64,000 nt of DNA, taken from assembly GCA_030390025.1 (NCBI GenBank), contig JASTWF010000036.1, positions 3,784,001 through 3,848,000 on the forward strand, read 5' to 3'. The DNA is from Squalus acanthias (lineage: Eukaryota). The translations under genes and the position numbers were made by a program. Shown in pieces: positions 22,861-35,279 of this stretch; within the stretch, counting starts at the first letter, position 1, and every line of letters starts with the position of its first letter. Under the pieces are notes generated by a model. The model was given only the letters and a program-made list of their open reading frames with translations. It was not told the DNA's origin and ran no database searches.

Positions 22861-23609
22861 TAGGCACGCCCATGCTAAATGGCCACTTGGTACGTCACTG
22901 GAAAGCAGGTGGTGATCGTGAACCCAAAGGGGAGATTTTCCGCTTGGGCACCTCCGGCTTGATCCTGGAGCGCGAAGCAGGAGATCGCTCCTCGTCTCCC
23001 AGCACAAGTCAGTGGCTTCAGGGAAGGAAGGGGGGAGGAGGGAGTGTGGAATTCCTCCCCTATCTGCAAGCATGCTCTGGGAAAGCCGCTCACTGACAGC
23101 GCTCCACACACTACCTGATAGCAGGGGTCAGAACGTCGACAGCTGAACTATTTTGCGGACTGTGTAAAATGCTTTTCTTCATCTCTTCAGCCTACCTACC
23201 CACGAAAGAGCTAAGAGAAACCCACGCTTTGCCGCAGACTGTGTTGTCATGTGTAGACAATGGCTTATCATTTAAGTAACAGGCTTTTCATCAGTGACTT
23301 CCTGTCATCATGCACTAAACCAGTGTGAAACTGTACGTGTGCCCTCAAATTTTGCCTCACCAGCTTAATAGCTTAACCACTTTGCTAGACTCTTAACACA
23401 TTGCCGTGGGTGAACTTCTGGTCTTGGATGCTGGGTTCCTTTATAGAACGTGGGCATGCTGGGTTGTTTTTGGTGTATGACGCTCTCTGGGGTCTGTAAC
23501 AGGACAAATTAAGCCCTAATGAAGTTGTGGAACCTTTTGTGTTTAGTAATTATCACTCGATTCTGATGATTTCCAAAGGAGCGTTAACCTCATCCTGTTT
23601 GAAAGGTCT

Positions 23610-23980
23610 TTAAGATTATGAAAGGGTTTGATAGGGTAAACATGGAGAAGATGTTTCCGCTTGTGTGGGAGTCCAAAACTAGGGGTATAAACATAAGATA
23701 GCCACTGATAAATCCAATAGAAGATTCGGGAGAAACTTCTTCACCCACAGAGTGGTTAGAATGTGGAACTCGCTACCACAGGGAGTGGTTGAGGCGAATA
23801 GTATAGATGGATTTAAGGGGAAGCTAGATAAACACATGAGGGAGAAAGGAATAAAAGGATATGCTGATGGGGTGAGATTAAGTCGGGTGGGAGGAGGCTT
23901 GTGTGGAGCATAAACACCGACACGGACCAGTTGGGCCGAATGGCCTGTTTCTGTGCTGTGCATTCTATCGAATTCTATGA
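23610..23980 (+). mobile_element. CR1 3' fragment
   Basis: FKIMKGFDRV..FFTHRVVRMWNSLP; tail. Confidence 0.88.
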
Positions 23981-23989
23981 AAACATCTG

Positions 23990-24295
23990 ATCTCACCCCT
24001 CCCTATCTCTGTAACCTTCTCCATCCCCACAACCCTCTGAGATCTCTGCGCTCCTCCAATTCTGGCCTCTTGCACATCCCCGATTTTCATCGCTCCACCA
24101 TTGGCGGCCGTGCCTTCAGCTGCCGAGGGCCTAAGTTCTGGAATTCCCTCCCTAAGTCTCTCTGCCTCTCTATCTTTTAAGACGTTATTTAAAACCGACC
24201 TCTTTGACCAAGCTTTTGGTCACTCGTCTTAATATCTCCTTATGTGGCTCAGTGTCAAATTTTGTTTGGTAACGCTCCTGTGAAGTGCCCTGGGA
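23990..24295 (+). mobile_element. L2 3' fragment
   Basis: PPYLCNLL..LRSLRSSNSGLL..GGRAFS..WNSLP. Confidence 0.88.
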
Positions 24296-24344
24296 GATTG
24301 ATCTTGTAATTAAGCCAGCGCTGGCTGCACTTGCAGTATTTGAA

Positions 24345-24780
24345 CACTGGAGCAGGAGGAGGCCATTCAGCCCCTCGAGCCTGCTCCGGCATTCAATTCG
24401 ATCATGGCCGATTGTATCTCAACTCCATTTACCCGCCTTTGCTCCATATCTCTTGACACCCTTACCCAACAAAGATCTATCAATCTCAGTCTTGAAAGCT
24501 CCAATTGACCCCACCCCCCCATCCACAGCCTTTTGGGGGGGAGAGAATCCGAACTTCCACTACCCTTTGTGTGGAACAAGTGCTTCCTGATTTCATTTCT
24601 AAATGGCCTAGCTCTAATTTTAAGATTATTATGTCCCCCTCATACTTGATACTTGATTACCCCATCAGAGGAAATAGTTTCTCTCTATCGACCCCATCGA
24701 ATCCTTTTAATATTTTAAACACCTCAATCCGATCACCCCTTCATCTTCCAAACTGGAGGGGATACAAGCCAAGTTTACGC
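24345..24780 (-). mobile_element. CR1 3' fragment
   Basis: GAGCAGGAGGAGGCCATTCAGCCCCTCGAGCC tail; CR1 coding relic. Confidence 0.82.
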
Positions 24781-25629
24781 AAACTTGAATAAAGCTTACA
24801 ATGGACACGGTGCATTGTGAAAAGCCTCCTGGCATCTGAATGCTGGCGCACTCCTATAATAACCACAGAATGTCATTTAACCATTGCCTGTCCGATCCTT
24901 GGCCACATGTTGAGCAACTACTTCCAGCACTTCTCACATGCGGGGAACCTCACGGGTTGTGTGTCCTGCTCGCTCTGTAAACGTTCTAGATTGTGGAGCA
25001 GAAAGGAAAAACAAAAGCAGACTGAGCAGTTTGACCCCTTCTCCCCCAGTCACGTAAATGTATATTTGTCTGCAGTGTTTTATAAGAAAACGGCATGGTG
25101 GTTTTTGGTGAGTAACTGGGGAATTTCCGCCCGTGCAGCTTTGAAAAAGCAGAGAGATTGTCCACAATGTGAGATATTGCCCTCCTCCCTTTTAATGTCA
25201 GTCCGGGTTGGAGGAGACAAGGTGGGTGTCGTGTGGAACCTAAACGCCGACATGGACTGGTTGGGCCGAATGGCCTGTTTCTGTGACGTGTATCCTATGT
25301 AATCCTTGCTTGAGAATCCAGCACTGACGTTCCCATCTCACTAGAGAGATACATGTGTAATTGTTAGGTTTTAAGTAAAAAATGAAGCTTAAAAATTGAA
25401 AAGAAGATGGGGTTCAGCGCACAGTGATGCAGGAGTCTATGACAAGTAAATGGGACTTACTGGCGGGGGTTGCTCTCTATCATGTTGGGTTGGATTGTGC
25501 AGCTTACAAGAAGTTATGCATGCCCGTGTCCCTTGATCTGGCAAGCTTCCCCCCTCCCCCACACAATTTTCTCCCCTTCTCATGTGACTTGCAAGGGAGG
25601 GTGAGGTGTGTGGGGTGGGAATTACAGTA

Positions 25630-25955
25630 GTGTAGGCTCCATCCACCCTGCATTACTTTGCCCAAATGACCATTTTTCACATGTAAGCCTAGATGGCGAG
25701 TGTTGGCTGGCTATTCGACCACACAAGGCGTCGCATCCAAGTCTGATCCTGCCCTCACTTAATGCCCACTTTGCAGCGCACATCACTGGATGGGTCATCC
25801 GGAACCCGGGCTGATTTTCCCCCCCTCTCTCCCGTCAGACACGCCTGAGGCCAATTGTCCCACCTAACCTCGGCTGAGATCAGATAACTCGAGCACAGAT
25901 GGGGCATCAAACCTGGGGTGATCCTGGTCTATGTGACCCAGTACCTAACAGGCTG
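25630..25955 (-). mobile_element. Old SINE-like family C copy
   Basis: GACCATTTTTCACATGTAAGCCTAGA..GGCTGAGATCAGATAACTCGAGCACAGA. Confidence 0.6.
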
Positions 25956-26989
25956 GTTGTCTCCTCTTCAGCAATCATATTATCAAGCTATTGCAACTTC
26001 CAGAATGGAAAAAGCAGGAACCCTGCCTGTCGGAGCTTGCTTTGCAGAGTTGTTTGAGTTGCTGTCCTCAATCTGCCGCACATTGTGTGTGGCCTAGGAA
26101 AGCCATGTTGAGAAAATGAGTAACTTGGATGCGAGTTAATCCACAGGCATGTGAGCTGACATCGAGTTAAGTTCTATATTTTACAAATGACGTAACCGAG
26201 GCTTTTCCCCTTTTTTTTTGACTAGTAAGTAGTGTTGTTAACCAGAATGATTCATGCTCTTGTTTTGTGTGGGAAAATGCGCTGGCAGATCACATTTAGA
26301 AGAAAGTTGATACAGATGAAATATTTCATAAAACCGTTGTACAGTTTGAAATCCCGTTCCTTATCCTTTTTGATGAGGGGGGGCGGGGGGGAGACGGGAA
26401 ATCTTTTTCATTTCAACTGGCAGGCATCCAAGATTCTACGCAGCGAATTTGGTCATGTTTCATCATCTGATTTGTGGGGCCTTTGTGAAATGTGACCAAA
26501 TCCACTGGCTCGAATCTTGGATGCATGTCAGTTGAAATTTAGCAGATGCCTTTACATGGTCGCTGCAGCCCCTCTTTCTTTCTTCATTCAAGCTCCCTAT
26601 CTTGTGCAGAACAACAACAACTTGCATTTGTATAGCGCCCTTTAACGTGGCACAACGTCCCAAGGCGTGACGTCTTAACCCTGCAGCATCCCTGTACAAA
26701 AGTGATTGTGGCCTAATTGACCGTCTAAGCAATCAGTTCTCAGCCTGACTCCGAATGGAGGAGGAGAGAAGCAGTGTGCAGGTGGTGAGCAAGGGTGCCA
26801 GTTGTACAGCACCGTACAGGTCTGCTCTTCGTGAAGTGAAGCTCTCTTCATCTTTCCCCAAGTTTCTCCGCCCCGCCCCCTCTCCTGAAGGCACTGAGCC
26901 ATGTGGTCCCATGGGTGCTGCTCTGCCCTCTGGTACCCGTTCTTCATTGTATGCACCAGTGCACTTAGCCTCCCTCGGTGCTGTGTGAT

Positions 26990-27130
26990 TCTATTTGGCC
27001 CATCGTGTCTGTGCCGGCTCTTTGAAAGAGCTATCCAACTCGTCCCACTCCCCTGCTCTTTCCCCATAGCCCTGCAAATGTTTCCTTTTGAAGGTTACGA
27101 TTGAATCTGCTTCCATCACCTTTTCAGGGG
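26990..27130 (-). mobile_element. CR1 3' fragment
   Basis: GGCCCATCGTGTCTGTGCCGGCTCTTTGAAAGAGC. Confidence 0.75.
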
Positions 27131-27537
27131 TGCTAATTCTGATTGTCGTGTCCCCACTGGCAACTTCAGCAAGAGCAGCTAACTCGGTAGAGAGACTCAG
27201 AAGGGTGTAGTTACCGTCCCATACAGATGCTGATGAGCTTTCGATGAGTCTCTCGCTGTGCTTTTTTTTTTAAACGCAGGTGACCATGTGTATAAATGGG
27301 TTAACTCCTGTGGTGAAGAAGTGCCGAGTGATTTAATATGAGCGCATTAAGCCGGTCGGAAGTATACCCCTAGATCCATGTCTCCATTTGCCCACCGCAC
27401 ACTGTTGCAGAATGGAATAATGCTTCCTGTTGCTCATAAAATTGCGGCCTGTTTTATGGGGAAAAAGTTGAGGTTTAATCCCCAGTGTCTCCCACATCAC
27501 TGGGAGCTGCTGCCTTCTGTTACATCACATGTAAGGA

Positions 27538-27911
27538 TGGGGTACGGTAGCATAGTGGTTATGTTACTGGACTAGTAATCCAGAGGCCTGGACTAATAAT
27601 CCAGAGATGCCAGTTCAAATCCCACCAGCTGGGGAATTTAAGTTCGTTAATTAAATAAATCTGGAATAAAAAGACTGGTATCTGTAATGGTGACCATGAA
27701 ACTACCGGGATTGTCATAAAAACACATCTGGCTCACTAATGTCCTTTTAGGGAGGGAAATCTGCTGTCCTTACCTGGTCTGGCCGACACGTGACTCCAGA
27801 CCCACAGCAATGTGGTCAACTCTTAACTGCCCTCTGCGGTTCAAGGCGGCGGCTCACCACCACCTTCTTGAGGGCACTTAGGGATGGGCAATAAATGCCG
27901 GCCTTGCCAGT
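27538..27911 (+). mobile_element. SINE family B
   Basis: GGTAGCATAGTGGTTATGTTACTGGACTAG..AGTTCAAATCC..GGGATGGGCAATAAATGCCGGCC. Confidence 0.8.
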
Positions 27912-29619
27912 ACTGTAATTCAGTCTCTTTAAAACACTTGAAGTCGGGGCGTTTGGGGAAATGTCGTTTGTTCTTGAAATATTATTTAACCTGCCTCAAA
28001 TAACCGATTGTCTTTGGCCTGCGGTCTAATTTTGCTTGGCCTTTAACGTACCTGAGCAGTGTGTAAATTGTGAGCCACGACAGGCCAAACTTTAACATGA
28101 TTGGGCAACGCTGTAATTAACTACTTCTTAAAGGGACATCATCAGAAGTTGTACATATTCATCTGCTCCTTAGTCCTGTCTAACCCTAAGAATAAATCTG
28201 CAGGCCCTTAATCTGCTCTTGCTTGCGATCACCGTGATCTACTACATATTTAATGTGCAAATTTCAAATCTCATTCCAAGCTACCTAAAGTGTCCACAGG
28301 GAATGACCTATCTGGTCGAGCCCTGTTCTGTCTGTATCCCACCCTCTTTGGCCAACACTACCCATTTAAAAATAATTTTCCTCATCTTCAAGGGTCCAAG
28401 TGGCTTCCCTGGCCTGAACCCCTCCCCAAGTGGGGTCCACTTATACCCTTCGGTACATCACATTGGGCATACTGGTCTCCAAACATACACCAGGTCTCAC
28501 TTGAGGCCGGGGATCTAGGAATTCCCAGTGTAGAAAGTTCTCCTCCAACCCCCTGGTTGCATCTCTGGCCTTGTAAAGGGCGGATACAGGCTGTGTCTGC
28601 CAAGTTTCTCAATGTACTGAATTTTGGAACGTTGGAAAGAAGTCTGTGTGCCTTTCCACAGCTTAAATTGAAAGAAAAAAAAAATATTCAAGCATTCCCG
28701 CTGCTCCTGGACCCACCAATTTTTAAAAAAAAAATTAAAAAAAATTGAGTAGCTTCCTGGGCAGTTTTTTGAGCAGTCACTTTAAGGTGCGATGTTTAGG
28801 CCTCTCAATGCCTGGTACAAAAAGGCAGGGTGCCAGGAAAGTTCTACTTGAAAGTTGCAATTGGGGTCCTAGAACTGGCGGGGGCCTCCGATTTGCACAG
28901 TTAAAGAGCATCCCGCCTGTTTCAGGAGTTCGTGCTGCCCCACCCATTTACAGGCCTGCCTGAAAATGGCATCAGGCAGGCTATGGGCCTGAATGGTATG
29001 GCTAAGGTGCTCTCTTGCCCCCTCCCCATCCATCGATTGTTCAATTGCCGGCCACCCATTTTTCAGGCGAGAAATGGTCAGCCAACAGTTGAAAATCGCC
29101 CCTTATGATGCCAGTATATAAAAGAACCCCCAGCCAATGTTCGGAGTTATAGAGATAACCTCCCTGCTTTTGGAAGAAGTACAATGCAGGCAATAGCTGC
29201 ACGGGCTGGGGAATATTTTAAATCTGCTTGACCTTCAATAATATGCCTGTGTAGTTTCCACCTCCTTCCTTAAGATATTTCTCATTGCTCATTACTGCCC
29301 CCTCAGTGACCTTTTCACTGAGAGGGTGGTCGAGTTGTCCCAATCGCTCATGACCGTATGCAATTTTTTACGAAAAAAAACCCCACGAGTCATACACAAC
29401 ACTCATTTTTTCCCTCTCTCTTTGCTTTCCCTTTCGCTTCTCTTCTGTTGCACCAAAGAATATTTGAATTGCTGCTAATCTTTGATTCACCCATCGGGGC
29501 AATGGTTGTGGAACCTCTTGTTCAATGTGAATGCTTCAGTTTGTTTAAGGGGAAAAGTTCCCAGGCTACATTGTTTAATCAGACTGGCGAAAGGAAAACC
29601 ATTACTTTTTTTGGCATTG

Positions 29620-29965
29620 CTCACTCACCCGGTGCGGAGGGGAGCGGGCTGGTCGGAGGACCTCCTCGTGGGACTGCTCCTGGGCCTGGCTAAGAAAGCC
29701 ATTAATTGGTCCAGGCAGCGGGCGGTCGAGGGGGTCGTTCGGCCCGATTGCCTGCCTCTCTTCCGCGGCCATGTTCGCGCCCGGGTGGCCCTGGAGATGG
29801 AGCACGCGGTGTCCGCCGGCACGCTTGAGTTTTTCCGCGACCGGTGGGCGCCGCGGGGGCTGGAGTGCATCGTCACCCCGGACTACCAAATTTTAATTTG
29901 ATTTGTTAAGTTTCCTTTAAAGTTTTATTTAGTTACAGATAATTGATTGGTTTGATCAAAATAGT
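29620..29965 (+). mobile_element. Tx1-clade LINE 3' end
   Basis: LLVGLLLGLAKKAINWSRQRAVEG..RARVALEMEHAVSAGTLEFFRDRWAP..ILI*; T-rich UTR. Confidence 0.82.
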
Positions 29966-30224
29966 AAGAGGCTCTTGGCCTCTTTACTTCAAAAAAGAAA
30001 TTGTCCCCACTCCACCCTTTGGATAAAGACACACTGGGCTGTGGCCTTTCTCACACTGGTTGTCTGTACTGTTGCTCACCGTCCGACAGAGGAGAAACAT
30101 TACAGCTGACTGCCAGAATGTGGGTCTTGAGCCTGGTGGATGGTCTTGATTCTGACGGAGTTCCTTGTTCAAACGCCACTCTTCCCTCTTCACCCACTCC
30201 TCCATTCTGTGCTTTGGCTCAGTT

Positions 30225-30745
30225 AGAATCCCAGAATCTTACAGCACAGCAGGAGGCCATTCTGGGCCTGTGCCTGTGCCGGCTCTTTGAAAGAGCGATC
30301 CAATTAGTCCCACACCCCAGCTTTTCCCCATAATCCTGCAAATTAGTCCTCTTCAAGCACATGTCCAACTGCCTTTTGAAAGTTCCTATGGAATCTGATT
30401 CCACCACAGGCAGTGCGTTCCAGATCATAACAACCCTCTGTGTGAAGAAGTTTCTCCTCATTTTCCCTCTAGTTCCTTTGCTAATTATTTTAAATCTATG
30501 ACCTCTTGCCAGAGGAACAGTTTCTCCCTACTTATTCTAACAAAACCCCTCATAATTTTGAACACCTCTATTAGGTCTCCCCTTAACCTTCTCTGCTCTA
30601 AGGAGAACAATCCCAGCTTCTCCAGTCTCTCCACATCACTGAAGTCCCTCAATCCTGGTACCATGCTAGTAAATCTCCTCTGTACCCTCTGCAGGGCCTT
30701 GACATCCTTCCTAGAGTGTGGTGCCCAGAATTGGACACCATAATC
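30225..30745 (-). mobile_element. CR1 3' fragment
   Basis: MRRNFFTQRVVMIWNALP; CR1 tail. Confidence 0.88.
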
Positions 30746-30774
30746 CAGCTGAGGCTGAACCAGAGATTTGTTCT

Positions 30775-31134
30775 AACCAGTTGGTAGCATGCTCGCCTCT
30801 GAGCCAGAAGGTTGTGGGTTCCAGTCCCACTCCAGGACTTGAGCACAAAAAATCTAAGCTGACACTCCAGTGCAGTGCTGAGGGAGTGCTGCACTGTCGC
30901 AGGTGCTGTCTCTCGAATGAGAGGTTAAACTGAGGCCCCGTCTGCCCCCTGAGGTGGACGTAAAAGATCCCATATTTTGAAGGAGCGCAGGGGAGTTCTC
31001 CCCGGTGTCCTGGTCAACATTTATCCTCAACCAACATCACTAAAACAGGTTATCTGGTCATTATCACAATGCTGTTTGTGGGACCTTCCTGTGTGCAAAT
31101 TGGCTGCTGCTTTTCCTACATTACAACAGTGACT
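30775..31134 (+). mobile_element. Deu-domain SINE, truncated
   Basis: Head remnant and Deu core. Confidence 0.85.
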
Positions 31135-31651
31135 GGCGGAATCCCCGATTATGGGCCCAAGCTACAAAGTGGAAGCAGCTTGGGGGAAAATTGCCGGCCT
31201 AACTCGATTCTAAGGTCAAGCACTGCTCCCAAATGTTGGGAGGCTGCTCTGTCACCTCTCTGGCACTCCTGGACAGGACACGAGCAAAAGCTCCTCCATC
31301 CATCACACCACCTCTGTCCAGGTTAAGGGATTGCCGCTACTCAATACCATCCAAAATAGATTCTAGTTTGCACGTTGACGAGATGCCACAACATCATGAC
31401 CTCTCCAACCGCGCACCAGAACTGAGGTAAAATGTTTGATTGACCTAATGAATACACGTTTGTGTTGATTTTCACCATATTCAAAAGTGGGCTTACTGTA
31501 AATCTTGAAAGTATTGTATTTGGTGAAACCGATTGTTCGTGGGGGCATCAACAACACTTGCGTTCATACAGCACCTTTAACAATGTAAATGTCCCAAGGC
31601 GCTTCACAGAGGAGAAATGGATGTTAAGTAGCAACAGGAGAGATTAGGACA

Positions 31652-31943
31652 AAAGCAAAATACTGCGGATGCTGGAAATCTGAAATAAAAACAGAAAATG
31701 CTGGAAATACTCAGCAGGTCAGGCAGCATCTGTAGAGAGAGGGAGTAACAGAGTTAACATTTCAGGTTGATGACCCTTCGTCAGAACTGGAAAAAGTTGG
31801 AGATGGAACAGGTTTTTAAGCAAGTGTAGGGGCAGGGAGAGGGGAGGAAAGAACAAAAGGAAAGGTCTGTGATAGGATGGAAGGCAGGAGAGATTAAGAG
31901 ACAAAAGGGATGATGGTGCAAGGCAAAAGGAGATGGAAATGGG
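31652..31943 (-). mobile_element. Penelope 3'/pLTR fragment carrying a hammerhead motif, with ~16-bp TSD
   Basis: Homologous to 55850-56070; flanked by AGGAGAGATTAGGACA (31636) and AGGAGAGGTTAGGACA (31944). Confidence 0.8.
31752..31788 (-). ncRNA. Minimal type-I hammerhead ribozyme motif (core intact)
   Basis: AGTT-CTGACGA-AGGGTCATCAACCT-GAAA-TGTT-AACT. Confidence 0.7.
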
Positions 31944-32999
31944 AGGAGAGGTTAGGACATGTGGCCAAAAGTATGGTTGAAAAGATAGGTTTTGAGGCAA
32001 AGGTTTCGGGAGGGAGTTTGAGAGTAGGGCCGAGATGGCTGAATGCTCTGCTCCTGACTCTGGAACCATTGGGTGTACAGAAGGTCAGAGTCGGAAGAAC
32101 TGAAGGGTACAGTCTGGGATGTACAGCTGGAGGAGGTTTCAGAGGTAGGCAAGACCATGGGGGACGAGGGTGGGGAAATTCGTCAATGAGGACAAGGATC
32201 TTGATTTCAGTGCATTTGGTGGAGGGGTGGTGGCTAGGGAGCCAATGGAGTTTGGCGAGGAGAGGGGTGATGGAGCGAGCAGGACTTTGTGTGGGGCAGG
32301 ATGTGGGCAGTCGCGTTATGAACAAGACAGTCAGTAAAGCGCAAAGATGAGAATGCGAGTGAGAGGAAATGGGAAACCGCTGAATCTGTGACCCAGATTG
32401 TCGGCGACTAAGGGTGCAGTCATAATGCATTTGCAGCGAGGTCACGCTGGTGTGAGACAACCTCCTGCAGGTCTGGGCTTCGGTGTGCTCGGTCGACACT
32501 TGAGTCAATACTGCCGCTTTTGCAAAACCAGTTTGCATCGAAGGGAAAGTGAGCCATGTAAATGAGTTTGAGTCTTCAAGGGAGGAAAGTTGCAGTGACT
32601 TTGCTGGAGTGTTTAGTGAGGGGGTGGTGGGTAGATTCTGGCCTCGGAATGCACACAATTGCAGGCCACGGCAATTACCAGCGGGTCGTTGAAGAAGTAT
32701 TTCCTGCTGAAAGCTAATTGCTCCTGTGTAAGTAATTCCTCCGAATTCCCCTCCCCCTGCAATAAAAGCTTACAAGTTGTTTCATTTAAGAAGACTTGTA
32801 TGATTCGCGTGTGTGTTTTGTCGTCGAAATTCTGTTTTTAAAAAAAAAAGTTCGCTCAAGTCTTGTCTTTTTATGTCTAACATTCCACAGTCCTACCGGT
32901 TTGACATTCTCCCACCCTCTCGGGGAAGGTGCTGGCTCTTTCTGGGACACGGTTCTCCAGATGCTAGCCGCTCTCTGGTGTCTCGCCCATCCAGTAACT

Positions 33000-33300
33000 T
33001 TTATTGTCATGCGCGAGGCCTGAGCTGAGAATTTGGGCGGGCGAATCGACCGTGGAGGGCGTCCTCAGCCCAGCCCGGACCGTGCTCGCGCCCAGCACAC
33101 CAGCAAAACGCTGCGGATGCTGGAAATCTGAAATAAAAAACAGAAAATGCTGGAGATACTCAGCAGGTCAGGCAGCATCTGTAGAGAGAGAAACAGAGTT
33201 AACGTTACAGGTCGATGACCCTTCGTCAGAACTGGGTGTTCACGCCCAGCAGCCGCCCACCCAAGCGTTCCAGCAGGGGTCACCTGACAGCAATCCTAGC
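33000..33300 (-). mobile_element. Family C SINE-like copy interrupted by a Penelope fragment
   Basis: TTCCAGCAGGGGTCACCTG is the reverse complement of the family motif CAGTGACCCCTGCTGGAA. Confidence 0.5.
33104..33235 (-). mobile_element. Penelope pLTR fragment with hammerhead motif (33197-33233)
   Basis: Near-identical to 31655-31790; AGTT-CTGACGA-AGGGTCATCGACCT-GTAA-CGTT-AACT. Confidence 0.8.
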
Positions 33301-33302
33301 AT

Positions 33303-33640
33303 CTTGCAGCACAGGAAGAGGCCATTCGGCCCATGGTGCCTGTGCTGGCTCTTTGAAAGCTATCCAATTAGTCCCACTTCCTTGCTCTTCCACCACAGCC
33401 CTGCTGATTTTTTTTTCTCTTTTAAAGTATTTATCCAATTCCCTTTTGAAAGTTACTATTGAATCTGCTTCCATCACCCTTTCAGCGCATTCCAGATCAT
33501 CATAACTCGCTGTGTAAAAAAAAAAAAAAAAAAATTCTCCTCATCTCCCCTCTGGCTTTTTGTCCCATTATTTTAAATAAGTGCCCTTTGGTTACTGACC
33601 CTCCTATCAGTGGAAACAGTTTCTTCTTAACTTCTCTTTA
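33303..33640 (-). mobile_element. CR1 3' fragment
   Basis: MEADSIVTFKRELDKYFK; tail. Confidence 0.85.
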
Positions 33641-33694
33641 TCAGAACCCTGGCTTATTTTTTCCCCACACCCCACTCTGGGGGCATTGAAGCCA

Positions 33695-34075
33695 TTAATG
33701 CAGTGTGTACCATCTACAAGATGCACTGCAGCAACTCGCCAAGGCTTCTTCGGCAGCACCTCCCAAACCCGCGACCTCTTCCACCTAGAAGGACAAGGGC
33801 AGCAGGCGCATGGGAACACCATCACCTCCAAGTTCCACTCCAAGTCACACACCATCCCGACTTGGAAGTATATCGCCGTTCCTTCATTGTCACTGGGTCA
33901 AAATCCTGGAACTCCATCCCTAACAGCACTGTGGGAGGAGCTAAACCACATGGACTGCAGCAGTTAAAGAAGGCGGCTCACCATCACCTTCTCGAGGGCA
34001 ATTAGGGATGGGCAATAAATGCTGGCCTTGTCAGCGACGCGCACATCCCATGAACAAATAAATAATTAAAAAAAA
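33695..34075 (+). mobile_element. CR1/L2-supergroup LINE 3' fragment (partner of SINE family B)
   Basis: VCTIYKMHCSNSPRLLRQHLPNPRPLPPRRTRAA..GSKSWNSIPNSTVG..LKKAAHHHLLEGN*; tail GGGATGGGCAATAAATGCTGGCC. Confidence 0.85.
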
Positions 34076-34124
34076 TTAATGCCCGCCACCATTTATCACC
34101 TCACTGAGATCAGTTAACTCAAGG

Positions 34125-34594
34125 AAAAAAAAAGAAAGACTTGCATTTATATAGCGCCTTTCACAACCACCGGACGTCCCAAAGTGCATTACAACCAATG
34201 AAGTACTTTTTGAAGTGCAGTCACTGTTGTAATGCAGGGAACGCAGCAGCCAATTTGCACACAGCAAGCTCCCACAAACAGCAATGTGATAATGACCGGG
34301 TAATCTGTTTTAGTGATGTTGGTTGAGGGATAAATATTGGCCGGGACACCAGGGAGAACTCCCCTGCTCTTCTTCAAAATAGTGTCATGGGATCTTTTGC
34401 GTCCACCTGAGAGGACAGATGGGCCTTGGTTTAACGTCTCATCTGAAAGGCGGCACCTCCGACAGTGCGGCACTCCCTCAGCACTGCACTGGAGTGTTGG
34501 CCTGGATTTCGTGCTCAAGTCCCTGGTGTGGGACTTGAACTCACAACCTTCTGACTCGGAGACGAGAGTGCTACCCACTGAGCCACAGCTGACA
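34125..34594 (-). mobile_element. Deu-domain SINE, full length
   Basis: Reverse complement of the 10250-10712 type. Confidence 0.9.
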
Positions 34595-35279
34595 CATGCC
34601 AGCATAGACTGAGGACCAAACCCAGGACCTTTCTGTTGCACTATGATATAAAACAGACCATAATAAGCAGCTCGATGGCCCTCGCATTGCTGAGGTGCTT
34701 CATTTTCAACAGTGCCTTTTTTCCTCCCAGAAAAAATATGAATTGAGATTTCACCCAACAGTTTCCAAGATATTTAGGTAGAGTTTTTCCACTTTGGGTG
34801 GTGCAATTTCCCGATGTGTGCTCCCGGCGTGTGCCAGGATCATCTCCCGAGAAAATCTCCCCATTTTGTGTTCAGGTAATATGTGACCTTTTAGACCACT
34901 GGTTGCTGAGGAAGAGGACTTGTCCCTCGGGTAAACGCCACAATCCTGGGCTCCCAGTGAGGAAGGCGGTGTAAGTTGGAGATGGAGCTACAACGTTGTA
35001 GCCCCGATTCTCCGATCCAGTGCTCCCTGCGAACTTGGAATCCCCACTGGGAACACAGGATCGCAGGATGTACCCTCTTGGCCATTACTGCTTGTGCATC
35101 ACTTGGTCGCCACTTTTACAGAGTCCCATGATGGAGTTTGGGAAACTGGCCATTTTTGTAGCCATATTGGTTGGCGCTGTGCGGGGCATGGGGAGCAAAT
35201 GACCAATAAAGATCGGGTAATAAAATCGCACCCTGAATGAAGGCAGCTCATTTAGTAGTGAAAGATTTGACTCTTAGCC

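Larger units (their letters stand above)
31548..32320 (-). mobile_element. Old L2 3' fragment split by a Penelope-derived insert
   Basis: ITPLLAKLHWLP..KILVLI..RAFSHLGP; L2 tail. Confidence 0.78.

Noticed and set aside
28755..29105. Possible TIR elements (also ~34780-35235, 36690-37090, 46320-46765, 53700-54475)
   Set aside because: CpG-rich and MITE-like in feel, but I could not define convincing TIR/TSD boundaries
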